DNA from: Neoechinorhynchus agilis
Taxonomy: Eukaryota; Animalia; Acanthocephala
Reading direction: 5' to 3'
Length of the DNA stretch: 64,000 nucleotides
Assembly: GCA_051530055.1 (NCBI GenBank)
Contig: CM121343.1
Span: forward strand, 4,868,389-4,932,388
Below the pieces are notes generated by a model. That model was not told where the DNA came from and searched no databases. It saw only the letters and a program-made list of their open reading frames with translations. Made by a program: the position numbers and the translations under genes. Positions 50,667 through 63,465 of the stretch are shown here, one piece after another; positions within the stretch are counted from its first letter, which is position 1, and each line of letters opens with the position of its first letter.

Positions 50667-51533
50667 TTACTGATGTTTTAAATGATCCGTATTTTTTTTA
50701 TCGTCGTTTCCTAAATGAGCCAGTTTGTTTAGCATAGCAGAAGACTTTAAGAAGCTCATATTGCCATCGTGAGCACTAAGAATGCCTTTCTTTCCATTGA
50801 TGAGTGGTGGATAATCTTTTCTGTCATTTGCACCAGCATTACCTTTAATATAGGCTCTAATGAAGAAGTGACCAAATAGGATGAAGTACGTAAGATATAT
50901 AATGAACGAGTATTGGATGTTCTCATCGCTGATGGCACAAGGTCTCTGTTGCTTCACGTGATAAGCCACATAGTTAATAACACAGCCGACAACCATTTGT
51001 AATATTTGCAATATCGTAATGACTTTGCTAATAACCAATGGCACCCTAAACTTTAGTGATTTAAAAGCATAATAAGAGTACATGATCGAATGCACGCCCA
51101 TGTTCATTATGACAAACCAGCGCCCTGAGGCGGCGAAATCGTGGTATGAATACCAACTATAAATCAGTACTGTAGAATGATGGAACCAATGAAGAAATAT
51201 CAAACGTTGCTTCCTGAGTACGATGAATACCGTATCTACGAGCTCCACAACTTTGCTGAGAATAAACACCCATGACCAGTAACCAGCCACGCCGTACGCG
51301 TTACTATTATTGCACACTGAATATTCGACGCCATAATTTTTAAGAACGAAAACGAATTCGGGTAGAACACGGACGAATCCAGCAATGCTGAAAATAGCCA
51401 GAATGCAATTCCAAACGGCCAATGGTAAACGCAACTCAAACTTCGGTCTATTCCTCATTAGACTTTGACCAGTGAACGTAAAGAGAATATAAAGCGCTGC
51501 AAAGAGGATACTTTTGTTCCAGTTTGCATACAT
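50667..51533 (-). CDS. ELOVL6: Very-long-chain fatty acid elongase, ELOVL3/6 type; frame extends upstream to a probable acceptor near 51674
   Basis: LSKVVELVDTVFIVLRKQRLIFLHWFHH (histidine box), MNMGVHSIMYSYY, ITILQILQM; upstream in-frame FQFEENF. Confidence 0.92.
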   Translation of the reverse strand: MYANWNKSILFAALYILFTFTGQSLMRNRPKFELRLPLAVWNCILAIFSIAGFVRVLPEFVFVLKNYGVEYSVCNNSNAYGVAGYWSWVFILSKVVELVDTVFIVLRKQRLIFLHWFHHSTVLIYSWYSYHDFAASGRWFVIMNMGVHSIMYSYYAFKSLKFRVPLVISKVITILQILQMVVGCVINYVAYHVKQQRPCAISDENIQYSFIIYLTYFILFGHFFIRAYIKGNAGANDRKDYPPLINGKKGILSAHDGNMSFLKSSAMLNKLAHLGNDDKKNTDHLKHQ

Positions 51534-52015
51534 CCATCCTTGTATTTGTCGTACATAATCAGAGCTGAAAAAGTTTTCTTCGAATTGGAAAACCCGGGAA
51601 TATATTTGTTTGAGAGCCTTGTAGCAAGGAATATCATATTTTTGAGGTTGCCACCATCCAAATATGAGACCCCTGCAATGTAGTGCTTTCTTTTATTCGA
51701 GAGTCCCTTCCCGAGCAGAGAGCTTGAATGAAGTCAGTTGGATGAGAATCCATCGTGGTGGAGACAATGTTTCTGAAAAGGTTAGCACAAAAATGAAATA
51801 ACCATATAAGGGGAAGAGATGTAAAAGGCAAACCAAAGCTCCCCATTCTTCAACGAAGGATATGAGTAGCTTTGACGAATGTAAGAACCTTGTACACAAT
51901 TGTGCCGCTGCACCGAAACACACCGTTTCGATGACAGACCGTCTTGTGCCATGCGTACACACACACTTACACTACCAATTTGTTTGCCTTTCAAATAAGC
52001 GTAAATTTTTATCAC

Positions 52016-55000
52016 TCATAAAAGTTTTCTGCTCGGGCGTGGTCCCCTCTTATACACACTCTTCTTCGACCGAGACTTCCATTTATCGCGAGTGAACTTA
52101 CGCTTCCTCTGATTAAATTTACTGGCACTCGGATTGTAGCAGCATCTCGATAATGGCGACACTGACGAACTCAAACGCAATCGCTCACTCCCAGGTTTCA
52201 ACGAAGCGAATTTCGACGTTACTCGCAGTAATGCATCGCCCCCATATTTATCATACTTCTCCTGAGTCATCCCATCTATGCCACCAATCATCTCACCTTT
52301 CGTCTTCGGGAGTTTTACTGACATTTCCTTCAACGTCTCTTCAGTGAATACCTCACACTGCATGGATTCCGAAAGATCAAAACTAAGCGTGCCTATTCGT
52401 TGCTTCAACACTCGTTTCAAATCCTTCATACAGTCACTTTTCAGCTTGTGCTCACGGACGTTCAACGCACTGGTCGGCATAGTGTTACTATTTCCAGCTC
52501 TTATCTTCATAATTAACTTATAATCGCCTTTCAACACATTCTTGCCCAGTTCAATATAGGCCACGGTCGTGTCGTGGCTAGTGGTTTCGATCTGCTGTCT
52601 CAAATATCCTTCAAGTAAAAGCCTTAGCATAATTCGTTCAATTGTATGGCGGTTATGTTTGCTAGCACATCCATAGCCATTCGTCTCAGACGACTCAACC
52701 AACTTGCTTGAACCTTTGAATATATCGACTAACGTCGGCAGGGTAAACCGCCGATTATAGGAATTTGTCAGCACGGGGATCGCATTGAGGATTGTGTGTG
52801 ATACCTTGGTAATATCCACTTCTTCTGTTTTCGTCTTATCAGAACAATTATCACATTGGAAGTCTAATGTAATAGAGTGATCATCGCCGTGCTCAATCAA
52901 ACCGCACTTTGCCTCATCAAATGACTCGCCAAAATATGCTAATATCTGCTTACGCCTACAATCGACACGATTCTCACAATATTGAACAACCCTATGTAAA
53001 TTATCCACAGTTCGAGCAGCACTAGATGATGCAGCGAGTCTTTTTATTTTACTCATATCTCTATAGGAATAAAAAATAACGCAATTCGCGAGGCCGCCAT
53101 CACGACCAGCTCTTCCTGATTCCTGGTAGTATCCTTCAATGGACTTTGGAATTGTTAAATGAAATACAAACCTTACATCCGGTTTGTCAATTCCCATTCC
53201 AAATGCTATCGTCGCACATATCACTTTATAAACGAACACGCTGATATGTGCTTGATTTCTTGGAACAGTCGAAAGTATTTTGTGGGAAAAACTTTCCCCT
53301 TTATCAACATTATAATCCCTACAAGTTCAAAAACCTATAGTTCATTTCAATTGCTGCGCTCAAAGTGGAATTTTTCTCACTTTACGACAGTGTGATGGAA
53401 CGTTTGTGTGTGTGTGCATCCGGTCTTAGGTAGGTACTATCACTATTGTCTACAAAAGTAAAAAGCCCAAAATGATGAATTTAGCCATCGAGGGGTTAAG
53501 GAAGCAGCGCAGCCGTGATCGATTTACACACGTCATTAATCCAATTGAGTTGCACACGAACACGGTCGCTGTCGCTCATTCCAGCGTGATAAGGTTCAGA
53601 CGAGATTCCATTAGATTGTAGAAAACGACATGTATTTTCACTCTCTTTCCTCGAAAAGCAATAGACGATTCCAGCGGACTGTCTACCGTCCTCAGTTACT
53701 TCACTTTTGACCATTTGTAGTAGCATTCGAAGTGCTGCTACATTGCCAGGTTTCGAAACAACCTGGTATTTCAAATTGCGGCGATTAAAACTCTGCAAGA
53801 ATAACTTAAACTCATTAGATGCTTCTTGGGATGTAGCCTTTCCCGATATTTGATGAAGAACATCCTTACGGACACGTTCAGTTGCTGTTGCGGTGATTAG
53901 CATAATTGGGACAGAAGGAAATTGTCGACGCAATTCACCAAGCTGTTTGTAGTCTGGTCTAAAATCATGACCCCATTCACTGATGCAGTGGGCTTCATCA
54001 ATTACGAATCTGCATAACCTATTGACGGTGTATAGGTGCTTCAGAGCTTTTGACACTTGGGTAGACATAGAAAGTTTCTCGGGTGTAAGGTAAACGATTT
54101 GTAGTGGAGGCATTATCGATCCAACAGTTTTCTTTCCTATTCCAAATAAGGCAGATAAAACAGCTGATGGTGGCTCAGAATACCAAGATCGGCACATAGG
54201 TGGTGCACTAAAGATATCCAAATGTCCCATTTCCTTGCAGAGATGAGCTGCTCCTACGCCCAGTAGTGTTAGTTTCCGAACCTGGTCGAATATTAACGAC
54301 TTGAGTGGAGAAACCACAAATGTAATCCCTTCTTGTACCACTGCGGGGATCTGATAACATAGACTTTTTCCAGCGCCCGTAGGCATAATCACGAAGCAAT
54401 TTTGTTTAAGTAGAGCAGCATTAATAACTTCAAGTTGATTGTGGCGGAAATGTTTAAGACCGAAAATTGAATGGAACACGTTAGCAACCTTACTCGAATG
54501 GTCGTAGGCGGTCCCAGTGTACGTTTCGCTGTCATCGTGGACATCAGTCGATAACCAACGAATATTTGTATCAATCTTGTTCCGTTTTGAAGCGAACATT
54601 TCAGAATGTTCACTCATTGAACATACCATTGACGATGATGTTTGTGGCTTTTGTGTAGAGGTGCAAATCCGGCAACCATTGCTTTTCGAAACGCAGTCTA
54701 AGCAAAAACTATGACCACAAATTTCAGACACTCTTCTCTTCGAAGGCACAAATTGATCATAGGAAGAATTACAATGACTGCATTGGAGAGTACCAATAAC
54801 ACTTATTTCAGCACACTGATCGCCACAATCAATATGTGAAGCCGGCTCGTCTTCCTCGCAAATATAATTCAAGCGAAAGCGGCAAGATGCATTATTATCC
54901 TGGTCATATCGATTTGCACCATTGATTGCACCCGTTTCGTCGCTTTTAGCGAATTCCCTGAATAAAGAAAAATCCGTAAAACGAATTATTATACACCGTC

Positions 55001-56249
55001 AGCATTTAGAAGTGATCAATTATCTAGTCAACCATAATAACAGGGCAACAAAATTCATAAGAAATGAACATTATATCCCCTGATGGGGAAAACTTCAGCA
55101 AAGTATGATCCAGCGATCGATTCGTTTAGAAGTTAAAAATTTATAATTTAGGTCGAAAAATGAGGAGCATAGGTGCTCAAACATTTTTCCGAAGGATAGA
55201 TTTTTTTCTGGATTTTTCTTACGTCAATTTGATCTGAAAAACCTATAAATGTAGACGAATTCATTGAACGACATTTTTTATTGTTTATGATTTCAACAGT
55301 TTCCATCAAAATAGCATGATTTCTGAAGTGGTTAATTTATATTTGCTAGGCTAGAATACAAATGCTTGATCATCGATAGAAAATCCTTCGGTTTAATTAA
55401 AGCGAATAAAACACTTTAACAATGATTGAGGAGCCGAGGTTACCTACCGAAATATTTCCAATAAATAAAACATGTGATTACCGGGATTATTCTCATCCAA
55501 AAGTATACAAATGCTTCAAATTTAAACATGATAAAAATTTTATGATCTGTGTAAAACTCATGAGTACGTTTCACTATTTTGTTCATTTGGGCAGAATCAA
55601 ACGTTTGAGCAGTTCTCCAAAATTTATGGACCTAAAAGCTTTATATCAAAATCAAATTTATGACTTTAGCAACCGAGATTTTTTAACCGAATGTAAAACG
55701 ACGTCAAAAATTGTCAATAGTTCCGGAGCAAATCGCCAAAAGAAGCAATTGGGCATGAACCGAATTCAAAAAGTGCATCGTCAAATCAGAATCAATAAAG
55801 TAAGGATGGAATAAGAAATAATTATTCGAATACCTCAGAAATTGCTTATTTGTGCACTCTATTTTTGAGCACGGTTCTGACGATGGCACAACATTGTCCT
55901 CATTATAATATTTGGAACTTTTATGAATTGGTTGAGCGTTGTGGAGTCCGTCCGGATGAATATCCCTGGATTTCTTGTAGACATTAAATATTGATTCATT
56001 TTGCCTTTTATTTGTTGGTAAGGAAGCCGTACAATCTAAGGCTCTACCTGACGACGGCAGAATGGAAACCTTCGGGATTCCTTTGAGAACATTGACATAA
56101 GATGAAACTCCATCAGTACACTGATGAACGGCTAATTCTTTAATAAATTGAAATCGATCTTCACGTCCAGATTCAAGTAATTTAATCCCATTTTCAGCTG
56201 CCCGGAAGGAAATCAAGTAACCGCTTATATTATTCTTGGGTTTAAGCAT
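52016..56249 (-). CDS. BLM: BLM/Sgs1-like RecQ helicase (N-terminal region, RING, helicase, RQC, HRDC); predicted exons 56249-55834, 54957-~53526, ~53224-52016
   Basis: [81 protein letters not shown] Zn motif (CRR...YFGE...CDNC), HRDC-like region and basic tail. The phase-2 donor at 55833 matches a phase-2 acceptor (AG 54959-54958). Exon 1 starts MLKPKNNI, reminiscent of BLM/Sgs1 N-termini. Confidence 0.85.
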
Positions 56250-57569
56250 TAATATCTCCCTGGTAGGTTAATGGAGAACGAAATGTACTAGTGACGTAAT
56301 ACAAATTGGATTGAGAAGAATTCACTTCTAATTAGTCAAGACTTTTCAATGTCCAACAAACGATCAATTCTTTCGATACTTTGGAGCTATGACGTTTCCC
56401 ATTTGCTTCAAAGGAAATTCTTCCTAAACTGTCTTTCCTGATCCGCCGCTCTTCATTGTCCAACTTATCGCCATTGCGATAATTAGTGTCGTTGGGCCAT
56501 CCATCGCAGAATTTCGAGCACCAAAATTCGAAAATGACCAACAGCTTTTATCAGATAATCAACGATTCAAAACGTTCGAAACTATAATTTGCTATTTTGC
56601 ATTAATTGTCGTAAGAAGCGAATATTGACTTCCAATATCCATTGAAATTCACTGCACGCAGTAAAACTGCAATTAGGTACTTGTTGCGATTCCGCTGTGA
56701 CCCGAATAAAATGATCAATCTCATTAAGTTTTGAGACTCATCGCAAATGGTCGTACCTCGAACGAACTCATGATTTTTACAAAAAAGGCTCCTAAGGAAT
56801 TGTTTCGCTAGCATCGAATCCGTCCAAAAAGGAGTAAATGGCACGGAAGAACACTGAGCTTCTAACGTACTCATGAGTTTTACACAGATCATAAAATTTT
56901 TATCATGTTTAAAATTGAAGCATTTGTATACTTTTGGATGAGAATAATCCCGGTAATCACATGTTTTATTTATTGGAAATATTTCGGTAGGTAACCTCGG
57001 CTCCTCAATCATTGTTAAAGTGTTTTATTCGCTTTAATTAAACCGAAGGATTTTCTATCGATGATCAAGCATTTGTATTCTAGCCTAGCAAATATAAATT
57101 AACCACTTCAGAAATCATGCTATTTTGATGGAAACTGTTGAAATCATAAACAATAAAAAATGTCGTTCAATGAATTCGTCTACATTTATAGGTTTTTCAG
57201 ATCAAATTGACGTAAGAAAAATCCAGAAAAAAATCTATCCTTCGGAAAAATGTTTGAGCACCTATGCTCCTCATTTTTCGACCTAAATTATAAATTTTTA
57301 ACTTCTAAACGAATCGATCGCTGGATCATACTTTGCTGAAGTTTTCCCCATCAGGGGATATAATGTTCATTTCTTATGAATTTTGTTGCCCTGTTATTAT
57401 GGTTGACTAGATAATTGATCACTTCTAAATGCTGACGGTGTATAATGATTCGTTTTACGGATTTTTCTTTATTCAGGGAATTCGCTAAAAGCGACGAAAC
57501 GGGTGCAATCAATGGTGCAAATCGATATGACCAGGATAATAATGCATCTTGCCGCTTTCGCTTGAATTA
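54865..57569. repeat. 706-bp inverted repeat pair (54865-55570 and 56864-57569) around a 1293-bp spacer
   Basis: The arms are reverse complements from TAATTCAAGCGAAAGCGG... to ...AAACTCATGAGTACGTT, with only two mismatches noticed; both arms encode the same MIEEPRL...VKLMST peptide. Confidence 0.95.
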
Positions 57570-59262
57570 CGAATCTTGAAGGCGTTTTAAGCAGTCTTTC
57601 TTGGCGACCAGCACTCACCGTTTTCCATGATCAAATTTAAAGTCAGTAGTATTCAAAAGCTCGTTAATAATCGCGCGCAAGTCCGGCTTTTGCCACAGTG
57701 TCGCTCTCAATGAAATTCATTGAACGATCCATGAGATATTTTTCTCCGTGAGTCTACTTCGATGATAGATTTCACATATAGATGCTTATTGTGTACGAAA
57801 AGAGCGTTTGAATGTTTTTTTAAATCGCTTTAAAAGTCGAGTATTTATGATGACTTGAGAGTAAAGGAACAAAAGTAGCCGTTGGTGCTATTGTATTTTC
57901 TTGCCATGGCTGTTAAGTAATATGTCGCATTCCTCTACGGTAACAAATGAAGGTAAAACTTGATTCCTGCTCCCAAGTGTGACAATTGTGATAGGAACAT
58001 TTGTTGACAAAGGTAAAAATGGTTCAATAGAATGATGAGTGGGTATGATTCTGCTATTTAACAGGAACGCATTGTTACCATGATGTGAATCACCCGTCCT
58101 CAGTTGTCCCTTTAGTCCTGACAACCAGTGAGCGTGCCGCACTTGTAAAAGGCACACCAGGAAAGGCAACAGCGCCACCTTCGCCCGCGGCATAAAGCAC
58201 AAAAATGCTGTCCTTTCTACCTAATAAGATGATCAACGAATCAGATGAAGATTATTTCGAAAGAACGAGAAAGGTAAGATAATAATCATAGAAAGGTCGT
58301 CTGAGGTCTCCATGGCTATTTTACACGCCGCTTGAAATGCACTCACTTTTTTTACTTCCGAACACTGCATAAAAAATGCATTTCTGTGTCTAACATCGTT
58401 AACACTTTTTCTCTGTCCCAGTTGTTTAAAAAAAGGAACCCAGTGAGGTTTGTGTATCTCAGTATCATTCACTTTATTTCTTGTCTCCTAGCTTATATTT
58501 TAGTTTTCGACCATAGACACTTCTAATTTCTCTACACATTTGAATCATTTTACAGCTTACCACTAACGAACATCCAGCGAACTGTCAATTAAAAATTTGA
58601 AAGGAAAAAGAAAACGCCCATCGTAATCCACGAGTATTTGCGAATCCTTGCGTATTATCCGAAAATCTGCTTGGCAAACGTTCATCCTTTCAAATGAATG
58701 TGAACCAAAATATGTGCATTTTAGCAGTAGGTGTGACTATTTTGTACGTACGCTCAAAAGTCATTTCATTTTAAATTTGAAGCCAGTTTGAGCTCAAAGA
58801 AAACCAACCGATCAAATCGTTCAGTTGAAGAGATCTGAGAATCAAATGAAATATGTCTTTCGAAGTACCTAAGAGCATTTGTTCCCTGCTAAAAAAATAG
58901 ATTGGCGAGTTCAGATGTAGCTTCTTCAAATCTTTTAAAAATAACCACTTTAAGGTAAAACATCGGCGACTTTAAAATCTCCGTTGTGGAATTTTATTAA
59001 GAAGAAACACTCTAAATGTTTATACGAGTTGCGTAGTGGCTTGAGTCATCAAGGTTTCTTCATTTTGCACACCTAAACTGAGCCAGAAAAATTGGGTTGC
59101 ATCCATTCCCTGAGCTCCTCCAATGGTATTCTCGTTGAAAGCGTGTTGGCCAAAATTCTATTAAAAAGCTCTTTAATCAAATCAATAGATGTTAGATTTT
59201 CCGCTCATCCTTCATTTTATTCCATTGCGATTCTGCAAATAGTGCTTTATAACCAATTATAT

Positions 59263-59396
59263 TTTTGGTCTTCGGTGAGCTGTTACCACCCCGAGAATTA
59301 AATATTTCGGAACCTGATGGAACTCAGGTTCCGAAATATTTAATTCAATAATTAATGTTTAATTCTGGGGTGGTGACAGCTCACCGAAGACCAAAA
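59263..59396. repeat. Nested hairpin, MITE-like
   Basis: Outer arms TTTTGGTCTTCGGTGAGCTGT.ACCACCCC and GGGGTGGTGACAGCTCACCGAAGACCAAAA; inner arms GAATTAAATATTTCGGAACCTGA and TCAGGTTCCGAAATATTTAATTC. Confidence 0.85.
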
Positions 59397-60980
59397 TTAG
59401 ATCAAAGAAATTATATTTTTATCGAGAATTTCAGCATTCGGCGTTTATCACAAGCCGATTTTAGATGGTACTGGAAAGTTTGAAGAGCAATAACATCGAA
59501 ATGGAAACCCAAGCTCAAAAAACATTAAAAAGCATCCCCATTGACCTCTCTGAAGCGCGGATTGCATTACAATTGACACGCAGAAAATTTACCCCATCTT
59601 GATTCCCCGACTTTATGGAAACCAGGGTGAGGTAACGGTGACGAGGTGACCGGCCGATTTTCTCATTTGCATATGGAATCTTTCTTGATTTTCTAAGAAT
59701 ATTTCTAGCGATATTGGATCTGATTGAGTATATTTTTATCCGCTTCATGGAATTATTCCGAAAGGATTTGCCGGCTGATGATAATCGATTACCAAAGACA
59801 ATTGCCGTGATTTATACCGAGATGTACGATACTATAATGAACCCAATGGTTTTCCTGCAATCGGCAACATGTATTTATAAATATTTCCAGGCGCTAAAGG
59901 CTGATAAAATAATGTACTACGCCGTTACGGGTCAGGATCAACTTTTCATTGTGATTTGTTAAGTTACATTTTTAGACGAGATTAAATCTTTAGCAACAGT
60001 GTTCGGCACGAATGTCGTCACTTCTGGTTCAACCTCAGTTACGTTTCTCTCTTATAAAGACACGCTCAAGGGATTAATCCGAATTCAACCGGGATTGAAA
60101 AACCCTTGTAACGGTCTGTCGGAAAGTAGAACGGATATCATAAGAACTCTTTTTGAACGTAAACGACTTTTTCTCTACTAAAGTGTGACATTCCAGCCAA
60201 AAAACAATTTAGTTAACTTCCCAGACCGTCCACAGCCGCAGCTCGCTTTGGTCATAGGACATACAATGACGACTTCAGGATTTGACCCATTGCTCATTCC
60301 GTTCACAGAATTCAGGTAGATTTTCTGTTTGCATTTAACTAACCTTCAAAAAAATACATAGGCTCATTAAGTCAAGTGCTTTTGTTTGCTCGGCAACGAT
60401 AAGAAACGCTGTTCGTTCGTACTGTGGAGTCCAGCAGAATTACGGGAAATGACAGAGCGTAATAAATTATATAGTTTTGATTATTACGTGGCTCATTTTG
60501 ATTTATATGTACATTTGCGCGATGCAGCAAGGCAGTTACACGCACCGTCTAAGGATTGCCATTTGAACGAGAAGTTTTAACTTAGTCTCTAATGGTAGTC
60601 AATTGGGAAATATTCGAAGAATACTTTGGTTAAGAATGAGCGATTGACTAAACAAACGTGTTCAACCAGTTTCATTCTTAAGCAGTTAAAAGAAAGGTGA
60701 AAATCAAATAATTTGGACTGAGATCAGTACTATCTGTTTGAATTAATTCAAAAAGGAATACTTTAACAGTTCCGATGAGAATGGAGAAACATGCCTCGAG
60801 GAAGCATCCAGCATTCCCCCTCTCAATCGCTCACTCTCCTATAAAAATAGTTGGCTGCACGGGTCAAAATTCTGCGATGTTTGGTCCGCTCACATTGTCG
60901 CCAAATATAAAACAAAATTATGAATCTATTTTAGTGTTCATTATTTGCGAATATATACTCACGCCTTTTATTGACGATTG

Positions 60981-63375
60981 TTAGACGAACGAAATGTCCC
61001 TTCCGTCACTGGTTATTTGAATCACATCCAGTTTTTCATACTCCGCAATGGCTTTTTTGAATTGCTCTTGATCAAAACCTCGATTGATCACTCTTTCAAG
61101 CGCGTCATCGAATTTAATGGTTCTTAGCAAGCTCCTATCTTGGCGTTCAATATTCGCAGGTATGGATTCCTTCAAAAGTTCCCTAAGAATTGCGAATATC
61201 TGATCGACGTCGTTAAGTTGATTTATTGGATCTTCCTGTCCGGTAACGAGCGATTGTTTGCTCATGTCCATCAACCGTATAGCTTCTTCTACATCCTCGC
61301 GCTCAATCGATCGACTCAGGCGAACTCGAGCATGAGCACTAGAAAGACGGAGAATGGCCAGGAGTGTACGAGCCGAGGTATATCCCCTGATTTTCTTATT
61401 CCGTTCATTTCTAGCTTCTTCCCTCATTTGAACATACGCACTGATTATAAAATTAAAAAGATCCGTAGATACACTCGTCTCTACTCGCTTACAAGCATTT
61501 ATGTACTTCCTAAAAGTTACCATATCCAGTGGTTGACGTTTCAGTGACCAATGATCTCCTGAAGGCTGCCGTTCATACTGATGAACATGTACAATGTGCT
61601 TAGCCAACCTGTAATCCGCGTCATGGTCAGCCCTGTCTTGCATGACCCATAGAAGGTCGAATCTGGACAAGAGAGCGGCTGGAAGCTGGACATTCTGTGC
61701 AACTGTCTTTTGAACATTGTAACGGCCGTATGCTGGATTAGCGGCTGCCAGAATGCTCACCCGGGCGTTAAGACTCGTCAATATACCCGCTTTTGCCACG
61801 CTTATCGTCTGTTGTTCCATCACCTCATGAATAGCAGTTCGGTCCGTTTCGGTCATTTTGTCGAATTCATCAATACAACAAACACCGCCATCAGCCAAAA
61901 CAAGAGCGCCACCTTCCAAAATCATTTCGTTTGTAGTTGGATCTCTTAAAACGGCTGCTGTTAAACCAACACCCGATGAACCACGTCCTGTCGTATACTG
62001 ACTTCTTTGCGCTAATCTGGCTATATAAGACAACATTTGGGATTTGGCTACTCCAGGATCACCCATCAAACATACGTTTATATTCCCACGGATTTTCATC
62101 CCTTTAGAAGCGTGGTCTACACCACCGACCAACATCAATACCAATGCCTTCTTTATATCTTCATGACCGTAAATCTCCGGAGCTAAACTTGAAGCTAACG
62201 TTTCGTACATGTCGTCGCCGTATTCTTCACGCAGTCGACTAATTTCCTCTCTCGTAATTTGAGAATCTATCAGAGAGGTTCACATGACGGCGAGAAAATC
62301 AAGGCTTATTTTCACGAATTAGTGTCGATCTACACTAGGAAATTTAATAAAGATCAAAACATCTAACTTATGAACCCCATATGTTTACGTCATCGTCTGA
62401 TTTATTGACTTTGATCAGTTGATGAGCCACCAACGCTACATCCGTAAGAAGGCCCTGCATCATTTGTTTGTAAGGAGTATTCTTTTGAACGGGCATAAGA
62501 ACGCCCGTTATTTCAACGATCTCTCCTGGCTTACATTGTCTTGTGTTTTCACCTATACACCAAACGACTAAACTGCTGGGGATTCCACCAACCGGTACTT
62601 GTTCGCTAAGCTCTTGGACCCGTATTTCCTGGAATTTCAGGAACTTTGATCCTTTCGATTGAAGTGTGAGAGTTCCCGTGGTTCTATTAACCATACATTC
62701 TTTACCGGGACAAGCGGTCAATGGCATAAAAGTAGGTGACGTGATCGGCTGATATGTTTCGATACCGCATCGATCGCAAGTGTACGTTGCGACAGCAAGC
62801 ATTGGTTTCACCTCAGATATTCTTGTAACTATCGATTTTATCCATATCAAGCGGCCAATACTGCTGGATTTTATGTCTCGAGTCGATAATCGTTTTGTGT
62901 GCGATGGAGGATGAAAATAAATGTCGAAACGTAACTTCAACTCGTCCGGAACACTCGGCATCAATTCCGGCTTCCGTGCATATCCGCCGATTTGTCGTTC
63001 TTGTTCGACTCGCTGAGCATATCTTTGAGCATTTAAATATTCACAAGTCTCAATGTATACATCCAGAGCGTCCTTACGACCAACGGGTATGTTTCCACCT
63101 TCTAAAGCAGAATCCTTGTACTTATCAATCAAATCACCTATGACTTTAGCGAACAAGCGCACATACCGAGGACTGTTGACCATCATGAATGAAGCCAACT
63201 CGGAGTCGACCGTTTCGACATCGTCCAGGAAAATGGTGACCGATCGCTTACTTCGAACCGATACGCGCTTCACCTCATCGATATACTTCAGATCGCCTTG
63301 TTTTGATTTGAAATTTTCGAGAAAGTGTCGAATCTTCTCCCTATCAGCTTCATAATCTCGAATCACAGTCGTCAT
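60981..63375 (-). CDS. MCM7: DNA replication licensing factor MCM7, one intron near 62267-62375
   Basis: [43 protein letters not shown]...[64 protein letters not shown]. Confidence 0.97.
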
Positions 63376-63465
63376 CTACGAGAAAGAATCCAACACGAAT
63401 TATTTTTTGCTTGTAAAACCACTTCCAGCGCGACATTCATACAAAACGAATAGAGATTCCGTCAA
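63376..63465. promoter_or_regulatory. Very short head-to-head intergenic region between MCM7 and UBE2M
   Basis: Divergent ATGs at 63375 (-) and 63466 (+) are separated by 90 bp. Confidence 0.55.

Noticed and set aside
55422-57012. Paired MIEEPRL... ORFs (130 and 136 aa) as real genes
   Set aside because: The identical N-termini arise from the inverted repeat. One is antisense to BLM intron/exon 1, and neither has a recognisable domain.
54865-57569. Simple TA-target transposon inserted into BLM coding sequence
   Set aside because: Not excluded but disfavoured. The left arm supplies an in-phase acceptor and coding sequence, the loop holds a BLM-like N-terminus, the empty-site reading hits a stop after about 15 codons, and there is no transposase.
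1933-63375. PCNA, BLM and MCM7 as a replication/repair gene cluster
   Set aside because: They are spread over 60 kb among unrelated genes; chance is sufficient in a compact genome without synteny data.
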